Source: Dimorphilus gyrociliatus (Eukaryota > Animalia > Annelida). From it: a stretch of 64,000 bases of DNA. A model generated the notes under the pieces. The model was not told the origin of the DNA. It made no database searches and was given only the letters and a program-made list of their open reading frames with translations. The stretch spans positions 1,488,968-1,552,967 of the forward strand of contig CAJFCJ010000009.1 in the NCBI GenBank assembly GCA_904063045.1, read 5' to 3'. Below, one piece after another: positions 49,501 to 61,220 of the stretch. The position numbers were made by a program, and so were the translations under genes. Position 1 is the stretch's first letter. Every line of letters begins with the position of its first letter.

Positions 49501-52500
49501 GAAACCTGTAATGATCAAGGAGCTGGCCGTTGTGATTATTGCAAACTGGGATATGTAGTTAAAGACAACTCTCAAGCTTGTCTACAATGTCCAGCTGGTT
49601 GTAATTACTGTGAGCAAAAGAGTCCAACATCTGACGACCCTTGGTGTAAACCTGGAGGGTGTAAAATTGGATTCGCTCAGAAAAGAAACAGAGATTGTAC
49701 CGAATGTCCCCCAGGATGTGCCGAATGTACATATGATGCCACTGAAACGAACCTATTATGTCGTGCTGGAAAGTGCAAGCAAGGTTATACAGAAAGCTCT
49801 GGAGTTTGCGTGAGGTGTGCTGACAATTGTATTACCTGTAACGCTCAAGGAAAATGTAACGAAAAAGGATGTAAATCAGGATATACTAGATCTTCGAATG
49901 GTCAACAATGTGACAGTATGTGATAATGGTTTATCAAATCTTATAAATTTTAATGATTTTCCTTTCACTCAGAATGCGCCAATAATTGCTTTAAGTGCGA
50001 TATTAAAGGAGCTGCTAAATGTGACGAGGATGGATGCAACACAGGATTTGCCTACGATAATGAAATCTGTCAACCATGTCAGCCTACTGTTTGCTCTAGA
50101 TGCTCTAAGAAGGATAAATGTGATAATGGAGGTTGTATTGGAAATTATATATTGAAAGATGAAATATGTCAAAGTATGAATATTTTAATCTAGTTTTGAA
50201 TATTCGCTAAACATAAATATATTTCAACAGAATGCGATGACAATTGTAAAACTGCAAGATGTACTCAAAATGGACCAGGAAAATGTGATGTTGGTGAATG
50301 TAAGGATCATTACGTTCTTGATAGTAACAATGAATGCAAAAGTTTGTGATATGAATTTATATTTGAAAAGTATTCAAAATTTATGTCTCTCTTTTCAGGA
50401 TGCGATAATAATTGCGAAGACAACCAATGTGGAGGTTTTACTGTTGGTGGGAAATGCAATGAACTAAAGTGCAAATTACATTATACATGGGAATCTGATA
50501 GTTGTCACCAATGTGATACCAACTGCTACTTTTGTGATGGCTGGGGCAAAACTAAATGCGATGTAGACAGATGCTTTGAAGGTTATAGAATCAAATTGGA
50601 TTCTAGCGTACACACTTGTGAAAGTAAGCTTCACATCAAAAAATTAATTTTGTTTGCAATCAGATTATTTGCTTATCATAACAATATCTACCTATAGCAT
50701 GCTCTGTTACGAACTGTGCAAAATGCGACGCTGACAGAACCCAGTGTCAAAAATGTAAAAAAGGCTATACCCTAAACAGCAACACTTGCGACAGTAAGTA
50801 AAGTGGAATCGAATACCTTTAGTTTTCGGCAATTAAAAACATTCTATTATTTCAAAGAATGCTCCGACAACTGTGATTACTGCGATGTTGATGGGAAGGA
50901 TACATGTGATCAAGGATGGTGTTCAAGCGGTTACGGTTGGAACCCCGATACTCGACTCTGTGCACAATGCGCAAATTCGTGTACTAAATGTAGTAAATAT
51001 GGACATAACAAATGCGATTCAGCCGCACATTGTCCCGCTGATAAAGGCTATGATTCAACTAATCATGATTGCTTAAGTAAGACTGTTTAAAAATGAAACA
51101 ACTTAACCTACTTTTCTATAATGTTAATACCAAACAGCTTGCGATTCGAACTGCAATCCTGGAAAATGTACGGAGGCTGGTAAATGTTCAGCAGACCAAT
51201 GTCAATCAGGTTTTAAACTCAAAGGCGACAACACTTGTGAAGGTAAAAATTGACAATGTTTAAATAATGAAGAGTTCTTTTTATTAAAAATTTACAATTG
51301 ATATTTCAGCATGTGCAGACACTTGCAAAACTTGCAAAGAAGCTAATGATGCAACAAAATGTCTCAGTTGCAAGGCTGCTAACCAGTTCGTAACGGATTT
51401 AGTAGGAGGAAGTAGTTGTATACGTAAGTATTGAAAAAGATTAGTATTTGTAAATTTTAGCGAGCGTCTAAAACTAGTATTTTATAGAATGTGCGTCAAA
51501 TTGTAAGGTTGGCCAGTGCTTCGCAGCAGGAAAATGTAATAAAGATCAATGTATGGATGGGTATATGTTAGCTACAGATTATACATGCACAGGTAAAAAG
51601 AATTATTGTCCAGTTAGAAACTGCTAATTTAACTATTTTGTTTTTTAAAAAAGAGTGTGGATCGAATTGTAAAACTTGTTCGGCAGTTGGTAAATGCACA
51701 AGTTGCATGGGAAATAGATTCTTAAGTGGCGATCAATGCTTAAGTAAGATATAACAGTTAAACGCCTTGTAAATTAGTTATTCTTTGATATCTATTAAAT
51801 ATCTAGCTTGCGATCCAAACTGCAAACCTGGAAAATGTTCTGCAGAAAATAAATGTGATAGTCAACAATGTATGAACAATTACAAGTTCAAGGCAGATGA
51901 TCAAACTTGTGAAAGTAAGAAGTATATTACATCTATAACACTGTTATGTTATCTTTCATTTTAATAGAATGCCACGATGAATGTGCGACATGTGCTGCAG
52001 CAAGTGATGCTTCTAAGTGTTTAACTTGTACAGCTACAAGAAGTAGTGATAATGTTGCCGGTGGTACATGCGTTGGTGAGATATTTAATTGACTATGAAA
52101 CTGAATATATAATTTATATTTCTGCAACCCTTTTTCACGCCAAAATTCCAGTTTGTGATCCTAACTGTAAAGCGGAAAAATGTACTACAGCTGGACAGTG
52201 TAGTGAGTGCAGCGATGGATATGCGCTTGATGGAAATGTTTGTAAACGTAAGTAACAGATTTTATTTAAATAGTTCACTTAAATATAAATCTTTCATGTA
52301 GCATGTCACGCTGACTGTACAACATGTGCACAGCATAACGATGCTGCTCAATGCAAGTCTTGTAATGATCCAATGAAAGGCATCAAAGATGGTGCGGGTA
52401 CAGGAGAATGTATTGGTAAGAAAATTTTTACACAATAATTAAGATGAATCTCCATATTTCTACAACTTTTGTTTTATATATTTTTAGCATGTGATGTTAA

Positions 52501-55500
52501 TTGTAAACTGGGCCAGTGTACTACAGCTGGGCAATGTAAGGCAGATGAATGTAAAGATGGTTATGCACTAGATGGAAATTTTTGTAAACGTAAGTATCGC
52601 ATTTTATTTAAATTATTTGATTCATAATAAATATATCTATCATGTAGCATGTCATCCGGATTGCGCAACCTGTAAAGCTCATAATGACAAAGATAAATGT
52701 TTAACTTGTGCATCTCCTAACAAAGGTAGTGAAGATGCATCTAATGGCGGAGCATGCGTTGGTGAGAAATGTGCTTGATAATAAAAATGAATAATAAAGA
52801 TATGTTCTTCTCCCTCATATAATTTTAGTATGTGATCCTAATTGTCAACCGGGTGAGTGCACAGTGGCTAACCAGTGTAATACCGACAAATGTATAGACG
52901 GTTATGCAAGCGAAGGAACTGGTTGTACAAGTAAGAAATATATTTTACTTATTTAATTCAGTTAATTATAAATTTCTCTAAACTTCAGAATGTCATGTCA
53001 GTTGTAAAACGTGTAAAGCGCATACTGTTGATAATAAGTGCCTTTCTTGTATGGATATAACGAAAGGCGTCAAAGATACAGCTCTAGGAGGACAATGCAT
53101 TGGTACAAAAAAATTTACACTATGATTAAGATGAATATCCATATTTCTATAATTTTTGTTTTATATAATTTTAGCATGTCATGCTAATTGTAAACTGGGC
53201 AAGTGTGATACAGCTGGACAGTGTGACAATGGAGAATGTAAAGATGGTTATGCAAGCGAAGGAACTGGTTGTACAAGTAAGAAATATATTTTACTTATTT
53301 AATTCAGTTAATTATAAATTTCTCTAAACTTCAGAATGTCATGACAGCTGTAAAACGTGTAAAGAGCATACTGTTGATAATAAGTGCATTTCTTGTGTGG
53401 ATACAACGAAAGGCGTCAAAAATACAGCTGCAGGAGGATCATGCATTGGTACAAAAAAATTTACACTATGATTAAGATGAATATCCATATTTCTATAATT
53501 TTTGTTTTATATAATTTTAGCATGTCATGCTAATTGTAAACTGGGCAAGTGTGATACAGCTGGACAGTGTGACAATGGAGAATGTAAAGATGGTTATGCA
53601 AGCGATGGAACTAGTTGTGCAGGTAAGAAATATATTTTACTTATTTAATTTAGTTAATAATAAATATATTTATTATGTAGCATGTCATCCGAGTTGCGCA
53701 ACGTGCACAACTGCCAATGACGCAAATGCATGTAAAACTTGCGTGTCAGCAACTGGGAGTACAGACGCCGCTACTGGTGGATCATGCGTTGGTAAGAAAT
53801 TTAATAGACAATTAAAATGTACAGTTTTTTATAGAATGTTACATATACTTTCAGTTTGTGATCCCAATTGCCAACCAGGGCAGTGCAATGAGGCTGGGAA
53901 ATGCAATGCAGGAAAATGCAAAGATGGATATGCGCTTGATTCAAATGTTTGTAAACGTAAGTAACAGATTTTATTTAAATAGTTCAGTTAATTATAAATC
54001 TTTCATGTAGCATGTCACGCTGACTGTACAACATGTGCACAGCATAACGATGCTGCTCAATGCAATTCTTGTGTTGATTTAACGAAAGGCATCAAAGATG
54101 GTGCGGCTACAGGAGAATGTATTGGTACGAAAAGTTTTATAAAATGATTAAGATGAATCTCCATATTTCTACAACTTTTGTTTTATATATTTTTAGCATG
54201 TGATGTTAATTGTAAACTGGGCCAGTGTACTACAGCTGGACAGTGTTCCGATGGTAAATGTAAAGATGGTTATGCAAGCGATGGAACTGCTTGCAAGCGT
54301 TAGTATCCTATTTGATTGAATATTATTCAATTTATATTTAAATATATCTATTATGTAGCATGTCATCCGGATTGCGCAACGTGCTCAGTTCATGGTAACG
54401 CAGCTAAATGTTTAACTTGTGTGTCTCCATCGAAAGGTAGTGCAGATGCGGGTGCTGGTGGTGCTTGTGTTGGTAAGATATTAAGTGTAAGATTAATTAT
54501 AATCCATAACTCTTATACTCCTTATTATCTATAGTTTGTCATGAGAACTGTCAATCGGGTCAGTGTATTGAAGTAGGCAAGTGTAACGTTGACAAGTGTA
54601 CGGCGGGTTATATATACAAGACAGCTGACAAGACATGTGAAGGTAAAGAGTGTATTTTTTATAATAACTTTATTATTCTTACAAAATACTTTTCAGCGTG
54701 TCATGGAGACTGCTTAACTTGTACAGTCGCTGACGATAATACTAAATGTCTTTCTTGTATATATCCAAAGGCTACCACAAATCCTATTGATGGTGGAAGT
54801 TGCATTTGTAAGTTATACTATAAAAAGTTGATTTTTTAGCCGGTATAATTGCTGTTAACGTACTTCAGCTTGTGATTCTAATTGTAAAGAAGGTGAATGC
54901 ACAGCAGCTGGAAAATGTAATAAAGATAAATGCAAAGATAATTATATGTGGCAAAGTGATGGAACTTGCGCACGTAATGAATATATATATATATATATTT
55001 ATTTATGCATAATTAATCAATAATAACTTTTATTATGCAGAATGTGCTAGTGACTGTAAAACGTGCAGCGTAAAGGCCGATGCGAGCAAATGTCTTACAT
55101 GTGTTGATCTATCAAAAACCAGCACAAATTCCGTAGATGGTGGCTCATGCGTTGGTAAGAAAATCTACAAAAACATCTCTCTTAAACTAGTAAAACTGTT
55201 AACAAATATAACTTTACTCCAGCTTGCCACGATAGCTGCAAAAGTGGAAAGTGCTCCTCTACTGGCAAATGTTACGGGGATTTGTGTAGCGTCGGCTTTT
55301 TTCTGAAGTCAGATGGAACTTGCCAAGGTTTTTAATCTATTATAAGAGAAGATCTTTCATAACTATAATATTTATTTTCTATCATTAGCATGTGATCAAA
55401 CTTGCAGTACCTGTTTTGGTAGCACATTGAGCGATTGTATCACTTGTAAAGGTGATAGATTTTCCTCCGGCGGTAAATGTATTAAATGTCACGAAGAATG

Positions 55501-58500
55501 CATGACGAATGAATGTACTGAAGACGGTAGTTGTAAAAAGAATAAGTGTAAAGACGGTTTTACAAATAATGTTAGAACGGGAAACACTGTATCCGAGTTA
55601 CAATGCTCCAAAGCATGTGTTAGTAACTGTAGAAGATGTGATAATGCAGGTGAAAATAAATGTGATAAAGGAATGTGCAAAGATGGTTACGTTTGGGTCA
55701 ACTCAGGCGAATGTGCAGGTAAGGGGTATTTAGAATAGAAATAAGAATACTAGTAAATCTTATACTTTTATTTAGCATGTTCTTCTAATTGTATGAGTTG
55801 TTATACAAACGGAAAAGATAAGTGTGATACAGGCAAATGTATGTCTGGCTACACTTATGACAGTTCTGACAAAACCTGTAAAGCTTGCGGAAGTAACTGC
55901 TTGAAATGTGATAAGACAGGAGCTGGCGCTTGCGATTACGATCAATGCGTTAATAACATGATCTATGACAAAGCAAGCCAAACGTGCAAAAGTATGATAA
56001 TAAAATAATTAATAACAAAATACCACCTTAAAACTTATACTTTAAAAATTTAGGTTGTGATGTAAACTGCCAACCTTACCAATGCTATAATAGCGGTAGA
56101 CTCGATTCAAAATGCAATGATGATAAGTGCAAAACAAATCTCAAGATAGATAGTACTACTAAAACGTGTAAGCCTTGTCATGCTAACTGTAAAGCTGGAC
56201 AATGTACCGAGCCTGATACTTGTACCAATGGACAATGTATGGACAGATATGTTTCAGATGGCAATAAATGCTCCGGTAAGTTTTAATATAATTTTGCGTG
56301 TTAACATTTCATATTGCTGTATTTTAATTTATATCAGCTTGCTCTTCAAACTGCAAAAAGTGTGAAACAAAAGGAAAAGGAAAGTGTGACGAAGGTGAAT
56401 GTGACGTTGGTTTCGTATGGGTTAGTGACAGCTGTAAAAGTAAGTTAAGGTTTCATATCAAAGTTTCAAAAGTCATAAATCCTATGTCTGAATAGAAACA
56501 ATGTGTAATACTGGAGAAGCAATGAATCATTTAGGAACTTGTTTAACTTGTCCTACTGGTTGCTTAAAATGCCGTATTAAGACTAACAATGTAACCACTG
56601 AATGTATACCTGGATTATGTGAGCAAGGTTATACATACAGCAACGGAATTTGCGTCGGTAAGTCGAATCTAGTCGTCTTAAGGTTCAAGCTCTAACAATC
56701 TTGATTATTTACTTTAGCATGTCCTTCGAATTGCGATACATGTTTCTATTCGCAAGGAATATTAAAATGTTCAAAATCTGGATGTGAATCTCGCTACGGA
56801 TACAAAGATGAAACTTGCGGTCAATGTGCTACAGGATGCGAGGAATGTTCAAAATCAGGATCAGAGCTAGCTTGTGATTCTAGCAAATGTTTAAATGCTT
56901 ACGCACAAGTTTCTTCCAATACATGTTTGAGTAAGTGGAAGAGCATAATTTAAATATTATTCCTTATTTTCATCTACTCACTTATAGAGTGCTATCGTGG
57001 ATGTGATACCTGCACAATGAACACACAAACCAACTTCCTTGGTTGTAGCTCCTCTTCATGTTCAACTAGTTATACTCAGCTAGCGGATAAATCCTGTTTC
57101 TTATGTCCAACAAATTGTAATTCGTGTACTTATACTGAAGCTCTTTCTCAGACGAAGTGCGACTCGAACAAATGTGACACTGGCTATGTAATGAACAATT
57201 TGGATAAATCATGTCATAAATGTCCCACAGGATGTCATAAATGCAGTTATACAACTACACCAGTATGTGATATTCTTCAATGTAAGGATGGTTACGTTCA
57301 AAATCCCATATCAAAGGAGTGCAAAGTATGTCCATCTAAATGCTCAGCCTGCTTCTTTGATGAAGCAACCGCTGACGCTAAATGTTATGACAAAGGCTGT
57401 AGTATAAATTCTTACATGTCGAGTGGAACTTGCCTGAGCTGCAATTCAAACTGTCACCGTTGCATGAACGTTCTGGGAACTAAACAATGCTTTGATCAAA
57501 AATGTTCGGACAATTATGGGCTTAAATTTAACGATCGGCTATGCTATGCCTGCCCTGAGGGATGCAAACATTGTGACATTGCTACTGATGGAACCCCTAC
57601 TTGCAATACGTGCCAGAGTGGATACGCAATGAATACTGCTGACAAAACTTGCAAAATTTGTCCTGAAAACTGTAATGTCTGTGACTATGATGCAGGTATC
57701 ACTGATACCAAATGTCAGAGCGGCCAATGTAAAAGCGGATTTGCACAGAAAGACGATAATCGTTTAGGTTGCGTCCAATGTCAAACCTGTACCGCTTGCA
57801 CATACAACACAGAGAATCCATCCGTTCCAGACTGCGTTGATAATACATGTCCAGCTAAACAACAGGTTCAAACCGTAGGCAAACAATGCGGAAGTAAGTT
57901 ATTTACTTTATTCAATTTGAAGTAGTTAGCTATTTATAATATGGGGCTTATTTTGTTAGAATGTCCAACTAATTGTGCTGCTTGTGATGGAGATTTGAAA
58001 TGTACATTGTGTGATAGCAGATACGCTCTACAAGCAACAGATAAGCAGTGTATCGGTAAGCTACAAGAAGACGATTTTTCTTTTAATAGATAACTAACCA
58101 AGTAAAATTTTACAATAGTCTGTCCTGCCGATTGTCATTCTTGTGACTCTCTTGGCAATGGAAAAACTGGCTGCAAATCAACTGGATGCAATTCGGGCTA
58201 TGTCGTAACAGATGAAAAACTATGTAAAAAATGTCCAGATAATTGTTTGGAGTGTACTTATAACGCTGATACGAAGAAATCGCTATGTAAATCCACAAGA
58301 TGCGCATCTAGATATGCTATCACAACAGATTTCCAATGCATGAGTAAGTAACAATCTTTGAGTTATTTTATATTTTTAAAACTCATTTTACCATTACAGA
58401 ATGTCCGGATAATTGTTATGAGTGCGTTGTTGGTGCTGGAGGTAAGACGGAATGTAATGAAAACAAATGTGATTCCCGATATGGATGGCGTTCTAGTGAC

Positions 58501-59505
58501 AAAAATTGTCACAAATGTCCAGATAACTGTGCTACTTGTCCTGAAGCTAATGGTGTTTTAATATGTGACAAATGTGTCTCCGAATTTACTCTTAGTAATG
58601 CCGAATGTGGTGCTTGTCCCAGACACTGTCTGAAGTGCACTGAAGAAGCTTCTGAAGGTCTTAAATGTAAAGAATGCGAGGCACGATACGTTTTGGATGA
58701 CAATAAAAACTGTGCCGCTTGTCCCAGCAATTGTAATAAATGCAATATTAACAATGGCGAAGCTAAATGTGAATCCTGCGATAGTGGCTATACTTTAAAC
58801 ACTGCTCTAACTTGCACAGTATGCCCATCTAACTGCCAAAAATGCGAATATAAAAATAACAAGGCTGAATGCATGATATGCCATAATGGCTATGCTATCA
58901 ATGCTCAGAAAGGATGCTCTCGATGCGCTGATGTTACCCAAGTTCTTAACTGTGACACATGCACAAATGCCGATTCTACAGGAAAAGGAAAATGCTTGTC
59001 ATGCGTTAATGGATATGGTTTGAAGGATGATGCCAAAGAGTGCTTACCTTGCAGCGATCTCAAAGATTGCTTGAACTGTAGAGATCAAGCTTTATTGTGC
59101 AACAAATGTTCCTCAGGATTCACATTAACTCCAGACAAGTTGAATTGCGGAATCAACTGTTTTACATGCAATAGGTCAGCCGACTGTGCCAATGATCCCA
59201 AAAAATCATCAGAAAATTCGACTTTATGTGTCCCAGCATTAGGTCAAACTTGCTGGATGCATAGATTCGAAGAAAACAAAGTAATTGAACACGAAAGAGG
59301 TTGCTTCAACAGCACAGATTGCGGTAGCCGCTACAAGAGCGAGGAATGTCAAGAAGCTAATGGTAAAAAGGAATGCAAGAAATGTTGTACAACTGACAAA
59401 TGTAACAGCCAAATCCTACCTGGAACTGCCTCACATCTAACATCAAATGTCTTAACGATACTGACTGTACTCCTCCTTGGAGTTGTACGAGCAGTATTCT
59501 ATTAA
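46558..59505 (+). CDS. Giant cysteine-rich GPI-type surface protein (about 3,260 aa; about 86 furin-like/VSP-like 6-Cys modules plus C-terminal Ly6/uPAR domain), 52 exons
   Basis: Hand-assembled exons: 46558-46630 (signal peptide MTPLWVIFACFCVYSVENA), 46696-46800, 46866-47084, ..., 56988-57893, 57960-58055, 58119-58343, 58400-59505. They sum to 9,786 nt with no internal stop. Modules follow C-x2/3-C-x2-C..C-x2/4-C-x2-GY..C. The protein ends CFTC..ERGC..CCTTDKCN and then the hydrophobic tail TASHLTSNVLTILTVLLLGVVRAVFY*. Confidence 0.88.
52214..54472 (+). repeat. Higher-order duplication: 52214-52761 resembles 53923-54472 (offset about 1,709)
   Basis: gatggatatgcgcttgat..gtaagtaacagattttatttaaatagttca..catgtcacgctgactgtacaacatgtgcacagcataacgatgctgctcaatgc is shared by both copies, including intron sequence. 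Confidence 0.9.
52900..53591 (+). repeat. Direct tandem duplication, 2 x 346 bp (exon-intron-exon-intron unit), with a partial third copy to about 53650
   Basis: ggttatgcaagcga starts at 52900, 53246 and 53592. The two introns (58 and 72 nt) are identical between copies. Confidence 0.95.
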
Positions 59506-59769
59506 GACGGGAAACTAATTAGTTTAGCGTTTATATAATAATTTATTTAGTTTTAGATTAATACTTTTATTTGTTCGAAGAGAAATTATATTTAAAATGA
59601 CAAAGGTAACGAAAGCATCTTAATGAATCCAATACTTTTTCGTTGGTGGAAAGAGATGCATGATGTTTGTTGACTGGAAGAAGATTTAAAAATCATATGA
59701 CTGCTAAAATATTGCAGGAGATTTTAAATTTTCAATGAAGGTCTCAAATTGATATTTGTTACCTAAAAG

Positions 59770-59774
<5 letters not shown>

Positions 59775-59800
<26 letters not shown>
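59775..59800. repeat. (TA)13 microsatellite
   Basis: Directly visible dinucleotide run between the giant gene and SIRT4. Confidence 0.95.
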
Positions 59801-60028
59801 CATTGCTGCAGAGAACTAATAAACTGCAGATTGTATTGTACCTTTACAAGTTAAACTAATGTTTTACATAATTTTTACAAAAGGACATTTTGTATGTTTA
59901 ACTGTTTAAAAAAACGAAAATTGAAAAAAAAAACCTATTTGTTAATTCATAAAGCTAAAATAAAGTAAAATTGAAAGAAATTTCAAATTGGCGATTTTAA
60001 TGAATTAATCACTTTATCTTTTATTTCA

Positions 60029-61220
60029 TTATAACATGTTATCAACCGCTTGCAGGATAGTACCGCATTGAGCATCAATTTTTATTTGAGCTAGATGATC
60101 TCCTCTTGTTTTTCCAATATTGACTATTCCTATTGGTTTCCCTATGAGAAAAAGTAAATTGTGTAAATTTTATAACTAAAATGTTTCGGTATGTTGTCTT
60201 ACCATATTCTGATGCTCTCTTTAGAAATCGATAACCGGAGTAAACCTGTTTTTATCAAGTAAAAAGTATATTAAAACGAGAATTGACGATTTATCAATTT
60301 TACCTCCAAAGATGATCCTAATACCAGAAAGGCATCGCTCTCCGCTAATTTTTTCATGCAATTATCAACAATGGGCTTCTTAACGTTATCTCCAAAAAAT
60401 ACAACGTCAGGCTTTAGTTCTCCTCCACAAGATTTACAACAGGGTGGGTTAAACTTTTTGACAAGATCGTCAGATATTAGAACATCACCATCAGGTGCTA
60501 TCTCCTCAGTTTCAGCCGACCAATTGGGATTTAACAATTCAATTGATTGACTCAATTCTTTCCTAGATATACTCCAATGACAAACCATACATCTATTTTT
60601 TAGAACAGACTATAATGGAAAGTGTTACAATAACTTTTTAATTTTGCAAATACTTACATAACTCTAAATGAACAACCATGAAGTTCTGTTACATTTACAC
60701 TGCCTGCTTTTGTATGTAGTGAGTCCACATTCTGAGTTATTAGCCAGTTCATCTGCATAATTATATAAAAGACATATAAATGTAGTTATAGTAGTAAAGA
60801 AATTACCTTTTTCTCCTTTTCCCACTTTGATAATATCTTATGGCTAATATTTGGTTGGGTTGATGAAAAATTCTTCCATCCTACATGATTCCGAGCCCAA
60901 AATCTAATGAAAAGATGGATTAAACACAATTTTACTAAATAAAAGCTAATTGTATACCTTTGTCTAATGTGTGTATATTTCTTAAATTGTTGATAATCAA
61001 CTGGTCGTCGATTACTTCTTGCGTATAATCCAACTTCTTCTGATCTGTAGTCTGGTATACCACTTTCTGTGGATATACCAGCACCAGTTAGTACTAAAAG
61101 ATTTTGTGATTTTTTGATAAATTCTGCTAATTCTTCAATATCTTGATTTGTAACTGGTTGACTCTTCGGAACAAATTTTGCAATATGTGATAATTTACGA
61201 GACGTAATTCGAAAGATCAT
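60029..61220 (-). CDS. SIRT4: NAD-dependent sirtuin 4 (mitochondrial, class II), multi-exon
   Basis: [31 protein letters not shown]; [18 protein letters not shown]; TQNVDSLH; [22 protein letters not shown]; VLGSSL; [10 protein letters not shown]. Confidence 0.95.

Noticed and set aside
52931-53174. Dscam-style docking/selector pairing between array introns
   Set aside because: Only 7-8 nt AT-rich complements (agaaatat/atatttct; aattata/tataatt), not colinear, as expected by chance.
52150-54540. CRISPR-like or satellite periodicity (about 340 bp)
   Set aside because: The units are exon-intron pairs with splice sites and an open Cys frame, not repeat-spacer arrays.
47490-57727. Many off-frame or antisense track ORFs within the giant gene (VIV/VMM/NV-rich)
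   Set aside because: Alternative-frame read-outs of the TGY-rich repeat exons.
46558-59505. Calling the giant gene PCSK5/furin
   Set aside because: No subtilisin catalytic domain, P domain or prodomain; only the shared Cys-rich repeat class is present.
46558-59505. Protist contamination or recent HGT of a Giardia VSP or ciliate antigen
   Set aside because: It has 51 GT-AG introns of the same size class as its neighbours, the standard code, and contiguity with animal QTRT2 and SIRT4. It lacks the VSP CRGKA tail.
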